Source: a virus. Taken from it: 64,000 bases of DNA. Below are positions 29,501 through 37,290 of this stretch, in pieces. The notes beneath the pieces were generated by a model. It saw nothing but the letters and a program-made list of their open reading frames with translations, was not told the DNA's origin and made no database searches. The DNA lies in IMG/VR virus record IMGVR_UViG_3300046821_000076, positions 1-64,000 of that record; one strand, given 5' to 3'. The translations under genes were made by a program, and so were the position numbers. Each line of letters begins with the position of its first letter. The stretch's first letter is position 1.

Positions 29501-30982
29501 GTCTTCTGTAGGAATTGATTGATCAATCTCAGGACTATCTTCTTTAGCCTTATTCAGATTACGTTCTGCAAGTGCTGCTTTAGCTTGAAGCCCTGTACCT
29601 AAGACTGCATTAGCTGTAGCTGCCGGAGTACCGATAGCTCCTGTAATAGCTGCACCCATTGTAAAGGCTTCACCCATAGCAGCAGAATCAAGAGTGTTGT
29701 TTAGAGAACCCCAGTTAACTTCAATCTGTTGCTGTACTGCTTCTGTTACACCCTCTGCTAATGCTGATCTACCTAACTGCCCTGCAGATTGGACCACAGC
29801 TGCATTACGTATTTTATCAATAGCAGTCTTTTCAATAGCACTAGGAACTGAGCTAGATTTTAAACCAAGAGAACTGCTAAGAGATTTACCTTTTAAAACT
29901 CCTGCAGCGATAACTGATTCTGCATAGTTAGCTGCAGTATACACAGCAGTCATTCCTAGGATACCTAGAGACTCTCCAGCAGTAGGTGCTCGTAATTCAC
30001 GATCAACAAACGCATCATAAGAATCGTTTTGTACTCGTGTAGCATCTACAACTATAGCAGGCATACGGGTATATGGTAATAAATACGGAGTCATGGCTGC
30101 AGCTTCTTCTAGAAGATATGCAGGATTTTCACTTAATGCATTTGCGGACTCTTTAGCAGATTTAGCAAACGTACCTAAATGTTTAGTTGCCCAACCAAAG
30201 TAATCACCTTGATCATAAGCATCACGAGCTTCACGTTGAGCTAGTGCAGTCTCTTTTGGAGAAGTACCATTGTATTTCTTATGAGCTTGATATGCTTTCT
30301 CTCCAGTATGGTCATACCAGTTACGTGCATTAAAAGAACCTGCAATACCTTTCTCACGATCACCTGTTACTCGCTTTCCATAATCTTCTGCAGCATTGCT
30401 CCAATTAAGACGTTGCTTAGCCTCAGTCTCAGAACCGTCTGGATTATATAGTAAAGCTTGTTCTTCAGGCGTTAATTGGTTTTGTTGCAAACGGTTTGTT
30501 AAGTAAGCTTTACGTTCAGTAGCCTCGCGTAAATCTAAATAACCCCCTAAAGCCACAGCCTTAGCAGGATCGTCTAATACTGCTAACTCTTCTTGATACT
30601 TAGGATTATTCTTTTGATCTTGTAGTTTATAGAAAGCTGTTTCAGCATTCTTATCTAAACCAATAGTATTAGCAGCACCTATGCCATTAACAATAGCTCC
30701 ACTAGCTTGTTCAAATAATTCACCAAACGCTCCTGCAGTTCTACGCCCTACGTTTAGAGCTTTTGAACCTATATTACGATTATCAAATTGATCACCGTAG
30801 TCTGCGTACTGTTGCAGTAATTCAGTAGCATTTACTCGTGGAGCATAGTCTTGGGTATTAACCTGTGAGCGTGCTCCAATGGTTTCCTCATACGGAGTTA
30901 CCTTAGGTTGCTGCTTCTTACTTAACTCCTGTGCAATCCTAGCAAATGCGTTTTGAACTTGATCATCTTTATATCCTGCCAT
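17522..30982 (-). CDS. Virion-encapsidated RNA polymerase (N4 gp50-like), 4486 aa
   Basis: Motif A EVDGVTNGP (~23411-23437), motif B R-x3-K-x7-F, motif C NIHDA (~22274-22289). Only one Cys seen by eye. Heads the late cluster. Confidence 0.95.
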   Translation of the reverse strand: MAGYKDDQVQNAFARIAQELSKKQQPKVTPYEETIGARSQVNTQDYAPRVNATELLQQYADYGDQFDNRNIGSKALNVGRRTAGAFGELFEQASGAIVNGIGAANTIGLDKNAETAFYKLQDQKNNPKYQEELAVLDDPAKAVALGGYLDLREATERKAYLTNRLQQNQLTPEEQALLYNPDGSETEAKQRLNWSNAAEDYGKRVTGDREKGIAGSFNARNWYDHTGEKAYQAHKKYNGTSPKETALAQREARDAYDQGDYFGWATKHLGTFAKSAKESANALSENPAYLLEEAAAMTPYLLPYTRMPAIVVDATRVQNDSYDAFVDRELRAPTAGESLGILGMTAVYTAANYAESVIAAGVLKGKSLSSSLGLKSSSVPSAIEKTAIDKIRNAAVVQSAGQLGRSALAEGVTEAVQQQIEVNWGSLNNTLDSAAMGEAFTMGAAITGAIGTPAATANAVLGTGLQAKAALAERNLNKAKEDSPEIDQSIPTEDFASPSSPNFNPKAATVRMTQEASQAETPEAKQEIKAKQEEVLRASASRLDILENIIESLGDVEGTRTGVEEFRAQVQSAKDTDPSNPQVAQLEEALANADAVMAEIDANANDPEYADRVKKEYSGLINQLNKATEIRNNSEALADDLSNNPTTIPSKILGAPSSYTAAELAKASKDVKYAEADREVLRTLSEARQAYDDTQSIKRVSKDIINGSDYSKPIMSYMDDMSKAVASGNTRMQEVTSKMLDRFAKSHQSKADTITQAWEAAKAAPGTVVQVARVAGENKWFINTGDTIENTRENGALNIKYNPGGYGHSESLVSAISMESNLINKVKASVDALAARSTNDTSDPMERMQQMADSLDTSNGVDLEAQQLADEGRQQQAQANQAKGKSTPQNTPVNPDENIWEGIDESSLQLEPVDLDSIKPDLSNTEIQFDDSGVGSVVPTTTQPSGTTPETKGVVLTGKSSYLAKHQAKADKATKFIGQGSAQSSTAQYAKDFGESANTGTYTSDDVVFVSAESNREDRIPFDKAELHKAIEAGAIIITDDAHNRKRTDNVGVREVAAELALKGYEEVSPGEWKPKKKSNAPVVNTPKKGEEEDSEETTKLEYLTVPTELLNTSFSLHDPELKDLIFKIKGKKENTGDLNYLDELYDFLVEAADGNAGIHVFTDVESIPFDYVKVLANSERYSNGHTTFHIRIPELGDIPMIYIDLRDGGELISRTSSPQEAFAHEIHHTVTMQNLDSSSEIQDEINNVLKPRLVDHIEQNRERLEKEDPRTLSRLEYMLINNAEFITVGTTEYGAIQELKKISVPVDRSKAKTSMFKRLVQLIGKTVGMPNEVTNVYEKLLDQTAQLKEQAYVENQGELSNLNANADTTPVVNTPKMVRKVNDKGDIQFTGLTSPQYRELKPLTIKFNKQDDGSYISSSKVIELNGVTTDNPDATIKEWLDKGELFEIDATNPQTYNKYFIRDPKTSVLTPNGKSVVDYHKVEDSITYLMDDGLVLKQTDPTTIKIMLDQVLDGIAFDLDLTVKFTTKGIANKEESHAPFLRLTTVQFKELEKQKQLTLESLAKIVHPDRSYESLVIERAKAFIKDRNIKILTDKPNKSDTLVFDTSVDGWTKVGDNFHINPYASWKNNRDKHSLFTQVQNSILATMGSDPRVTAAYVPATFEGSTPEVDALLAAIRGDKKPIKKETPDDNLPTQEVRKFDGIEYIVDSTIPTMARTDKNNNITLNPRDAENSKEFWDYFGGVVQEDAPVRTKQASQQKKLVLAKLGVYGYSLDYLKQQLNTPRKLNEFLLRHEQSHIDNNDRAVYYSNGESLLTDDKVAIETRATLNALTAMGIEPKYEGNIDESFVSTSETPYEIYDIPLNENELKDMFGGLDTTTEYVPDFGTTVAANKEAQALREANKDLPLAEHDLVREAVNIVPTLLRDMPKSVTARLRSKEVKSGYNTAYTEILKDHLEKTVPNHTDQQHEAMKVLGGMFYNFSNITTGIYSNTTFLEDAGLETFNNFANYLVDLDAQVTAANDAKVDQLLPQVEDAITIAAFSWIMENGSTLMRMDNLPKAFGIEGNDLTVPYHIYDMLKAVGSAKPTAAETIGNKVIDMLGFKFTSDVADTRKSKLAVALGQLAVHRMTMAGYVEENTIEPAAVREIVRSIKEHNNQDIDEAELKAINQYTFINLPHSTKTFEPTGLSAKVLNETKGSESVLTKAFGVAPRVKPIRTSKPKAEKLVTQKTTDRLGTQIPSAQVEALSNAHTYKWGINKALNKLHTALGETDALKALRDRMYGKLTEAEINKKQAMKRDGIKANNQSIEREIQIYEASVDTLAKSRFGLDNDFYLEQEVQNQQRSHMANDLNPVASKLHRGLVELKEHRVKFPMTSVERDGIKAFFKTGNTEALLDSQTNTITPLGEFIQTVALLTEDLMPEGVSTTADKTQILNYAPQYLEWALRGDGTGTEVLIILEKMINGDNVPVEQVEKVVAAVNKAGMKAQSLKALVNLISFKNAFTSNKDTAFEVDISLEVDGVTNGPFLTQVLMNTLAAGMYGAGGMYKESDGITNVPQYKDLGNADMYEYNITHLRNAIALAPAKAGRVAYAKNSDVPAESITREVLQAVQVLHPKMLERKGTKTITTVINFSSGNPATAAGIIGDIKDSILSGLEKYSSESVDSVSRKLFIEKLNYLLKRGGLKADEHVKDDADLLNLVLTPQQDKAISKALEEPLMHVVSEFIKEAYPEYIKARDDITSAGQLAVGLFKPVYDAEVAKRTEALPEDVKKVEGLSKEAHEQILVDLRKDMPTFKSYLAGKSTNTEESSLPLVKIASKRSDQARDKSEFYIFGARKVNSLGLNNEDGSFKPSSSSKYTYHVTQQAKTYEIVPAGVANNPKGVHSTDAGIAHTQLGNWVTMNIHDALTAIVGKGRQFAKELNKVTTDALIEVDFNSNMITGSLKPLVAFLGLDSKAQLASKAELQKAAQSINKSHANDVYDAKGNLAPNSSIGDAVALLLDAAFDRDIAKLNTLLEYAYVNQYGLEGGEYKIVESDIKRIEEKLVEVRAKREEAIKQLVPQAVQLDSIFGVVGAKGIYQDAPVAEVTKVAEEKIETGVDKNTTQLYLSNVPKDTPINIKVLNFAIAHDTNKTKDVNPNLATVLSGQMYNLVKQALPEQLEVRVLHATDPRALEHWSKGRYGWFNSNVDGKPVIYLTADANGNFIPAIAIHELMHAVTFLALEKNDTPAAKEITALREQFVKFLANQGITPTDGVAYAIKNNHEFVSTVFERPEVAMLLNQMKVKATRKRGLEDFVKATSKLISQAFGLKPVELESGEITGLEALIGSVLTLSEGAENTKAYSLANVPSSILGASLRKAQQSVKAMNLTDLMEQLQGTGTNFDAQLKETMDEFALPIFDRMDTGLFDSIGLSNDPESVWQDAIATNTTVTSDKAVLSGYILQPLERFAVEAVYAATKAVAKERGLSISYAELDKAFSQARSKIKPKDLFKGDWSKATTAEKAIAQSKWDHLFKITQENDHLARFSSMVSGSAEINALLANVKTESGNKVSKDADINEKVQAYVMKAIEFLAQLISGVKSGAPVSEYVKSALKSVAKVDLKYRGGIVNKINDRISKVENKIDDAVIKARRKVASKIPAMNSTTVPEVTLVRNVATSAIEGTLMDNLNNTRETLLNNSEGKLEFWGELVNEMAENTPFKNIIEKMMRHVKKTSQAKELEKEYTIKNVLSTFKNGGKKLKRKTRESLTYLMVADVSALLGAFTPKQIHRMYQNPEYLNSVISQQASVVMSLDTRGTHLISRSKDLARYMVTNLGPENNDLALNATLIAMGACTANKMALKDVDPDLVAAIDSLVSLYAIRYTPTDIKAEISSVMDTELSRGDVNGIEAILKFHKGLADEARDELFKDNPLSMTKGYIPEITNPNHEIRFAKTDEEAKNFKDQFFREVKVLEPNPLARGDKVRMFLSEDAGLTRMISGTLEMFGKNPRGTDADVDVSVVLKASQAKQRSLHANTGYDPYKGNGTSALIPKYDLDGNVIGYRYEMSSYERDNLLGRDNDFANILGQYAATNFNKMNVPFNNRMVVDALVKEKQENYDSHPDSFIAVGFNVRDKELAKLWDLLPQDTRDYVREVTGKSVLYVPKEVLLPVFGYQKYSATQGFDKPRSERNLYEKVYVALFKAVFGNNARVYGARTERAMQSAVALTKNFIVIRNLRTLSMNIISNAFLLQAHGISMTAIVKDTVYALRAAMQHRKDNALLTAKRQMLYTGLGNKKELEQEVLRLEQAIANNPLAEFINEGMMPSIVDDVALNQDDAFSFKSALERKFEKQLSKIPAGVRSTADWLLVSPTTPLYQFLNNTTQLSDFTAKYVMYNYYRNNAPKKERLDHDAAIQIASDTFINYDMPTSKGMQYLNDMGIIMFSKYNLRIQKALFRLLERKPARALLQALVMHNGTDIPYGIDPIIWNQMGIPFREGALAFPSVIDEPITMNMATSML
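26851..27741. repeat. 24-bp direct repeat pair inside vRNAP
   Basis: TCTTAGGAGT(G/A)TTTACTACAGGAG at 26851-26874 and 27718-27741; 23/24 identical, 867 bp apart, both encoding PVVNTPK. Confidence 0.85.
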
Positions 30983-31087
30983 TGTATTTACCTTTAAAAG
31001 AAATAAGCACGTATATCTACGTGCCTATCCTAGCAGAAGTGTATCTATAGCTAAACTAAAGATTGATACCACAAACATTCAAGATGT

Positions 31088-33343
31088 TTATTTAGTATTG
31101 AAACGTTTTCTCATCTCCTCATTACCTGCTTTGATAGCGTTTGTGTAGGTAGCCTCAAACTTCTTTTGTTGATCGCTTTTTTGCTTAGCTTTTTCAATAC
31201 GTTCATTAGCTAGTTTAAGACGTTCCTTAGCTATACGTTGCTTTTCACGCTCTGCAGCGGCTATACGTATTTTTTCACGTGCTGCAAGTTGACTAGCTTT
31301 CTTAGCTTCTTTATCAGCCTTCTCCTTAGCCTCTATAGCTTTAAGACGTTCAGTAGCTTCTTTTTGCGCTTGTCTAATTAAGTCTCGATTTTTATCCCTT
31401 ACTTTACTATCTGGAGTACCGAATAAATTTCCAGGTATAACATTATCAACCTTACCTCGCTTAACATAAAAATCCACAATGGCTTGCTTAGTAGGTGTAG
31501 GTGTAGGGTTCTTAGCCTGCACAGGAGTAGTAGAGGTGGGGACTGAGGTTTTAGTAGGCGTAGTCTTAGTAGCTGCAGGTGTACCTTTACCTTTACTAGC
31601 TGGAGGTGGAGTTGTAGCAGCAGCTTTATCTACCTTCTTATCAAGAGCTTCTTGAACTTTTACAGTAGGCTTACCATAAAGAGATTGGTAACGAGCAGGA
31701 TCAATATGCAGTAAAGCTTCTTTAGCAGATATGGATACACCCTCAGCTTCAAACTCTTGTTGAATCTTCTGAACATAGGTATTACTAGGATGGGAAGCTT
31801 TAGCTACATGCTTCTTACGTTTAGCATCAATACTAATTTCCCCTTTGATAAGGTTATCAATACTCTTCTTTAAACCAGCAGCAGAGTTGTAAACTTCAAA
31901 AAACCCTCCTGGCTGAGACTGCCAAGCTTTAGCCCTGTTATATACATTGGTAATACCCTCTGCAGATAACCCTGCAAGTTGTGGGTTAGCTTGCATAGCC
32001 TTAGCAATATCGAAAGCATCTTGAGTAACTTTAGAACCTTCCTCCTTGGCTGTAAGCCCTGCAAGAACATTACCTACATTAACAGGCTGATCTTTGAGAG
32101 CTAAGCCCTCGTTGTACTTGAGCATAGCATCTTGGTATTCACCTCGAATCTTCTGCTGTACCTTACGATCAATACCTGCCAATGGAACATTTGCTGGAGT
32201 GTTACCTGCTACCCCAGACCCTCCATTAGAATATTCAGCCATTGCCTTGTTCACACGAGGTACATAGTCACGTGTCTCTTTAGGCAAATAAGAAAGCCAA
32301 TTACCTCCTGATTTTTTCGCTTTCTTAACTGCCTGCTCAACATTACCTCCCCCAGCATTAAATGCAGCAGTTGCTTGGTCCTCAGTAAATCCATGTTGTT
32401 TCTGCACACGTGATCTATATTCCATACCCCATCTGATTTGTTCTTCAGGAGTAGAGTTTTTAAGATCAATAGGAGGCATACCGTATCCAGGGTCTGCCGC
32501 AGTCGCAGGCATAATCTGAATAATACCTTGAGCACCTGCAGGAGATACCGCATTAGGATTACCTTTACTTTCAGTATGAATCATACCTGCTGCTAAAGGT
32601 CCAAACACACTAGCGTACCTAGCAATAGCAGCTCCTCCTCCACCTCCAGTAGTATATTCTGTACCATCAGGAGCTACCCGTACACTGCCAGCTCCTGAAT
32701 CTTGATCTGCTTTATAGAGCACTTCGCCCCTTCTCAACGCACTTTCTTGCTCTGCAAGCGTAGCCGTACGGTTGTACTGATCAGCATCTTGGTTTAGCTT
32801 TTGTAACTCCCAATAGTTTTTATTGGTAAAGTCACGAGCATTAGTTAAGTACTGACCAACTTTAGTTGAAATATCTGTGATATCTACACCTGTATCAGCT
32901 ATAGCTTGAATTTGTGCAAGCTCCTCTGGTGTAGCATCTAAAGCCGCTAACTGTTTCCCATAGATTGCAGCTACTTGAGGACGTGCAGCTATGTTAGCCT
33001 TCTTATCCTTGAAATCCATTTCAGTAGATTGACGTTGCATAAGTGTTGCAGGACGTTCATCCATAGCAGTACGTACAGCATCCATGTCGTAGCCTGATCC
33101 CCAACGTTGTTGCATTGCAGCAATATTTGCTTGAGCAATTGCTAACTCTTCAGGATTCTTTGCTTGGTTTAAAGCAGTGAGCATGTCATTAGTATTCTGC
33201 TTCTTAAGATTATCTTGATAACCTTTGTAAGCAGTACCTATTTGCTCTACTCCTGCTACTGATTGAGCTTGAGCCTTTTGAATAGCATCTAAGTATTTAG
33301 ATGTATCAATAGGGTCCATATTCTCCCACGTTAATTGACTCAT
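31088..33343 (-). CDS. Internal virion/ejection protein with lytic transglycosylase (SLT) domain (N4 gp51 position)
   Basis: IHTESKGNPNAVSPAGAQGIIQIMPATA...AAFNAGGG...ETRDYVPRV. Confidence 0.85.
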   Translation of the reverse strand: MSQLTWENMDPIDTSKYLDAIQKAQAQSVAGVEQIGTAYKGYQDNLKKQNTNDMLTALNQAKNPEELAIAQANIAAMQQRWGSGYDMDAVRTAMDERPATLMQRQSTEMDFKDKKANIAARPQVAAIYGKQLAALDATPEELAQIQAIADTGVDITDISTKVGQYLTNARDFTNKNYWELQKLNQDADQYNRTATLAEQESALRRGEVLYKADQDSGAGSVRVAPDGTEYTTGGGGGAAIARYASVFGPLAAGMIHTESKGNPNAVSPAGAQGIIQIMPATAADPGYGMPPIDLKNSTPEEQIRWGMEYRSRVQKQHGFTEDQATAAFNAGGGNVEQAVKKAKKSGGNWLSYLPKETRDYVPRVNKAMAEYSNGGSGVAGNTPANVPLAGIDRKVQQKIRGEYQDAMLKYNEGLALKDQPVNVGNVLAGLTAKEEGSKVTQDAFDIAKAMQANPQLAGLSAEGITNVYNRAKAWQSQPGGFFEVYNSAAGLKKSIDNLIKGEISIDAKRKKHVAKASHPSNTYVQKIQQEFEAEGVSISAKEALLHIDPARYQSLYGKPTVKVQEALDKKVDKAAATTPPPASKGKGTPAATKTTPTKTSVPTSTTPVQAKNPTPTPTKQAIVDFYVKRGKVDNVIPGNLFGTPDSKVRDKNRDLIRQAQKEATERLKAIEAKEKADKEAKKASQLAAREKIRIAAAEREKQRIAKERLKLANERIEKAKQKSDQQKKFEATYTNAIKAGNEEMRKRFNTK

Positions 33344-33354
33344 ATATACTATCC

Positions 33355-33786
33355 TTATTTAAGACGGTTCTTAGCCATGTATGAATCAACATCTTGTTGA
33401 TTAGCACCTTGAGCTGCTACACGAGCACTCTGACGATCTTCAAGATGAGTGTTATAAGCCGTTACTTGGTTAGCATAGTTCTTATTCCACTGGTTTAAAG
33501 AGTTAGCCATTTGTTGCTTAATTAACTTAGTTTGTTGCATACCGTTGTATGCTCCCCATAAGCCAGCAGCTCCTTGTAGACCTCCCGTAATGGTAGAACC
33601 ATATTGAGAGTTAATGTCACGAAGCTTATCTCCAAGTCCAGGTTTGCCTTGTAATGTATCTGCCCATACTACGTTAGATTTTGCTAAAGCAGGGGACAAC
33701 GCCTCCATACCTGGGTTTTTATAGTTTCCACCAAACAGCACAAGATTGTTTGGGTTATATGTATTACCATCAAGTTCAAACGACAT
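33355..33786 (-). CDS. Small virion protein (N4 gp52-like)
   Basis: GLQGAAGLWGAYNG..Q...WNKNYANQ..YNT.LEDRQ; synteny. Confidence 0.75.
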   Translation of the reverse strand: MSFELDGNTYNPNNLVLFGGNYKNPGMEALSPALAKSNVVWADTLQGKPGLGDKLRDINSQYGSTITGGLQGAAGLWGAYNGMQQTKLIKQQMANSLNQWNKNYANQVTAYNTHLEDRQSARVAAQGANQQDVDSYMAKNRLK

Positions 33787-36103
33787 AGCGTGTATTCTCC
33801 AAGTTAATAGTGAGTGTGTTTAAATCAGGTAGTAGTGTATTGATGTCTACATAAGACTCAACGTAATCATACACGTAAGTACCTACATTTACATTATGGA
33901 TAGACTTCTCATAATAGTCTTCAGGTTCTTCTCCTAATCTAATATCAAGACTTACAGGAGGAAGGAATATCATTACATCAGGGGTAGGTACTTGAAGTAA
34001 ACCAAGAGCTTCTACCTTCTCTTTAAGCGTTTCATCTCTAGCTTGCAAGTCTAGTACTGACTGTTGGTATTGATCCATAGCTTTGCCTAATGCTGATTGG
34101 TTTCCTGCATTAGCCATAGCAAATGCTGCATTACTTGCAAGCATTACATTAGAAGCTGTCATACCTGCCATACCTGTAGTATTCGTATATCCAAGGTATC
34201 CGCCATATACAGCAGCTACTACAGCAAGGATAACCATAATTACTTGGAATACTGTAGAACTAAGTCCAAGAGATATGACAAGTTTTTGCAGTAGCCTTAT
34301 GGCTACTGATATGGCAATAGACATACCTATACCTACTGCTACTAGTGCCGTAGCACTTAAAGTTGCTAGCCCTGCAGGAGGGAAAAACACAGTAATAACT
34401 ACAGCAACAATAACCATGACAACTTTAAAGATACCTGTTTGATACCATTTCTTTTTAACCGTTTGAGAGGTGTTAACAACTAATTGCATAGCCATTGCAT
34501 AAAGCTTCTCAAGCTCTACTGAGGATAATTTAGCAGTAATGGCTAAATCGAGAGGTACTATTAAATCTTCTGAATCCCCTGAAGGAGTAAACCAGTTATT
34601 GTTATCCATCTTATCTATGCTGGCTAGGTTATATACCGATAACGCTGTATAAGTATTTTCAGTTTCTTGGTAGTAGTACGTATGTACTCTAGAGGTGTAA
34701 GTGGAAGTATACTTACCTACTTCTGTAATAGTACCTTGAAGAGTTCGTTTAGCTATAGCGTCAAAAGCAATACCAGAAGTATGTAATGAATCTTTTAGAT
34801 GAATAGTTGTACCTTGCTTAGCACCTGTAGGTAGAGCTAGCTTAGTCTTCCAGAGTCTACTTTGAACAGTGTAGCTGCTAATATATTTATTAGGTAATCC
34901 ACGATAAGCAGTATCAAAATAATGATAGAGATACTGATGTATAAGTTTATTCTTACTATTTGCTTCAAGCCCGAAAGTTAAGAAGATTTCACGTACGTAC
35001 TGTAATCCGCTCATATTCTCGTGAACTTCTTCTACCCAGTCCTTCCACTTAATTCCTAACAGCTTTCCAAACCTATTCATTGATTTGTATTCTTCAGTAT
35101 CTTCTGTGTACTTAACGTAGTTAGTACCTTTCATGCGAGCATACAAGCGTGGAGGGTATATACCTGTTTTCTCAACAGACTCTACTACTTCTTCTAACTT
35201 AGCGATTAAGTTAGTACCTGTACGGTAGGTAAAGTACTCAGCATACTTTTTATCATTACGGATATACGTATAGTAAGCCATAACATAATCAGCATCAGTA
35301 GTAGGAGCAGGAATACTTGGGGCTATCACATCTGGGTCAAACTCTAACTCTGTATTCTCATCAATACTTCCAACAGGAGCTTCGTTAGGCGATACGTAAT
35401 TAAAGTACTCCATAGTGACGTTATACGAGACTTCCTCGCCTAAGTCATCTGCATAACAAAGTACAAAGGTACATTTAGAATCAGGTACAGCACTTGTTAT
35501 CTGAATCTGACTATGAGGTCTAGGAAGTGCTAACCTGAATGGGGTATATCCAGAAGTAGCTGAAGGTCCTTGAAACACTAACTGAATATGATCACTTGAA
35601 TCCACAGTATCTTGGTTTAACTCAATAACAATATCTTTTAGGTAGACCTGCTTACCAATACGATCAGACTCATTTAAGACTTCATTAGTTATAGGATTGT
35701 ACCCGTAAGACTCTTGTAGCGTGTACTTAGCAATATGGTAGTAATTAGCCTTACCAAACTCTTGATAAATAATATCAGGAGTAAAACCAAGGATCGTATC
35801 TAGCGTTGATACTAACTGGGTATTTAATCTTTCTTTAGTTGGTTTGAATTCATAACTGCCTTTAACCTCTCCCATGGCATAGGTATCAGATTTAGACATT
35901 CTATGTGCTCGATTAAGCTTAGCTATAATAGTACTTTGTCTACCTTCTACTAAATAGTCTGCCAAACTTCGTGTAGATGTTTTAGTAGAAGCACTATCAG
36001 TAGAGCGTAAATAAGCCAATACAACAGACTTAGACATTGGTTGTATCTGATCGTCATCAATCATCCTAGATACATTATGTGATGTATACGTCTTTGATCC
36101 CAT
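33776..36103 (-). CDS. Virion structural protein (N4 gp53-like) with hydrophobic C-terminal segments
   Basis: KKKWYQTGIFKVVMVIVAVVI...; synteny. Confidence 0.75.
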   Translation of the reverse strand: MGSKTYTSHNVSRMIDDDQIQPMSKSVVLAYLRSTDSASTKTSTRSLADYLVEGRQSTIIAKLNRAHRMSKSDTYAMGEVKGSYEFKPTKERLNTQLVSTLDTILGFTPDIIYQEFGKANYYHIAKYTLQESYGYNPITNEVLNESDRIGKQVYLKDIVIELNQDTVDSSDHIQLVFQGPSATSGYTPFRLALPRPHSQIQITSAVPDSKCTFVLCYADDLGEEVSYNVTMEYFNYVSPNEAPVGSIDENTELEFDPDVIAPSIPAPTTDADYVMAYYTYIRNDKKYAEYFTYRTGTNLIAKLEEVVESVEKTGIYPPRLYARMKGTNYVKYTEDTEEYKSMNRFGKLLGIKWKDWVEEVHENMSGLQYVREIFLTFGLEANSKNKLIHQYLYHYFDTAYRGLPNKYISSYTVQSRLWKTKLALPTGAKQGTTIHLKDSLHTSGIAFDAIAKRTLQGTITEVGKYTSTYTSRVHTYYYQETENTYTALSVYNLASIDKMDNNNWFTPSGDSEDLIVPLDLAITAKLSSVELEKLYAMAMQLVVNTSQTVKKKWYQTGIFKVVMVIVAVVITVFFPPAGLATLSATALVAVGIGMSIAISVAIRLLQKLVISLGLSSTVFQVIMVILAVVAAVYGGYLGYTNTTGMAGMTASNVMLASNAAFAMANAGNQSALGKAMDQYQQSVLDLQARDETLKEKVEALGLLQVPTPDVMIFLPPVSLDIRLGEEPEDYYEKSIHNVNVGTYVYDYVESYVDINTLLPDLNTLTINLENTRYVV

Positions 36104-36117
36104 GGATTCCTCGCAAT

Positions 36118-36140
36118 AAAAAAGGGAGCTATTGCTCCCT
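36118..36140 (-). terminator. Intrinsic terminator
   Basis: AGGGAGC-AATA-GCTCCCT followed by T run on the minus strand. Confidence 0.75.
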
Positions 36141-36162
36141 AGTTTATATTATCACTACTTGC

Positions 36163-37287
36163 TTAGATACCAGCCCCAGCAAGCATAGCACTCACAGCTC
36201 TACCAATACTTGTATCGTATAGAAGGTTTGCAGCGTTAGCTTTAATAGAATCATCTGTATTACGTTGTACGTTCCAAGCATCTACAAGAATCTTAGCAGC
36301 TTTCTGTTCTGCATCTCGTGCATAACCTGCAGCTTGTGCTCGTAGTACTGCAATGTTTGAACCCAATACAGAGTTAGGATGAGCAGCATCCATAGTCTGA
36401 GCATTCTCTGTAAGAACTTTAGCAGCGTATAGTTGAGCTTGTGCTTGAGCAGATTCTACTTCTGCACGCTTAACGTCTAGCTCTAATACGCGTACTTGTA
36501 ACTCTGCATCCGCTAATAAGATTTGTTTGTCCTGAAGTGTAAGACTACTAATCTTAATCTCTAACTCTTTCTCTAAGATATCAGATTGACGAGTCATATT
36601 AGCAATCTCAGCTTGGATACGCTCAATGTTATAAGGGATTAATCTATTCTCCTCAGTAATTTTAACAACTTGAGCTTCAGTCAATGCAATCTGACTTTGA
36701 GCATTATCTGTTTGAGCTTGTAGTAGCTCTACTTCAACAGGAGTTTTATTTGCAAGGTTATATACCGCAATATCTTTCTCTGTCTCTGCTAAGCCTACCT
36801 GAGCAATACGAAGGTCTTTCTCTACACTAGCAAGCTCTAAGTTACTGCGGAGAACTGAAATCTCTACAGGAATCTTATGAGCTTCAGCTTCAGCAGATTT
36901 TACTTGCTGTTCTGTTAGTTCTGTTTGAGCTTGAGTTTGAGCAATCTGTGCAAACTTTAATTGAGCATCTTTAATAGCAATCTCTGCTTGATGGTCAAGT
37001 AATACACCTTGCTTGCCTAAGTTATCTAACTCAAAACCAAGAGTCTTAGCTCGAAGTAAGTAATCAACGCTTTGAGCCATAGTACTTTGAAGAGCTTCTA
37101 GATATACAGTCGCATACTCTTTACCAGTAATGCGACTCTTAGCGTGCTCTTCTTGTATGTGGTTTTTAACTGACCGTAAGAGAACGTCAAATACACCTGT
37201 ACCTGCAATCTCTGCTGTAGTCAGCTCTGTTACGTTTAAAGGTTCATCAAGCTGAGCAAGCTTCAGGGTTACGTTCTCAATAGTCAT
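36163..37287 (-). CDS. Structural protein (N4 gp54-like, coiled coil)
   Basis: GTGVFDVLL..V..H..EE....RITG.EYA.VY; synteny. Confidence 0.8.
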   Translation of the reverse strand: MTIENVTLKLAQLDEPLNVTELTTAEIAGTGVFDVLLRSVKNHIQEEHAKSRITGKEYATVYLEALQSTMAQSVDYLLRAKTLGFELDNLGKQGVLLDHQAEIAIKDAQLKFAQIAQTQAQTELTEQQVKSAEAEAHKIPVEISVLRSNLELASVEKDLRIAQVGLAETEKDIAVYNLANKTPVEVELLQAQTDNAQSQIALTEAQVVKITEENRLIPYNIERIQAEIANMTRQSDILEKELEIKISSLTLQDKQILLADAELQVRVLELDVKRAEVESAQAQAQLYAAKVLTENAQTMDAAHPNSVLGSNIAVLRAQAAGYARDAEQKAAKILVDAWNVQRNTDDSIKANAANLLYDTSIGRAVSAMLAGAGI

Positions 37288-37290
37288 GGA

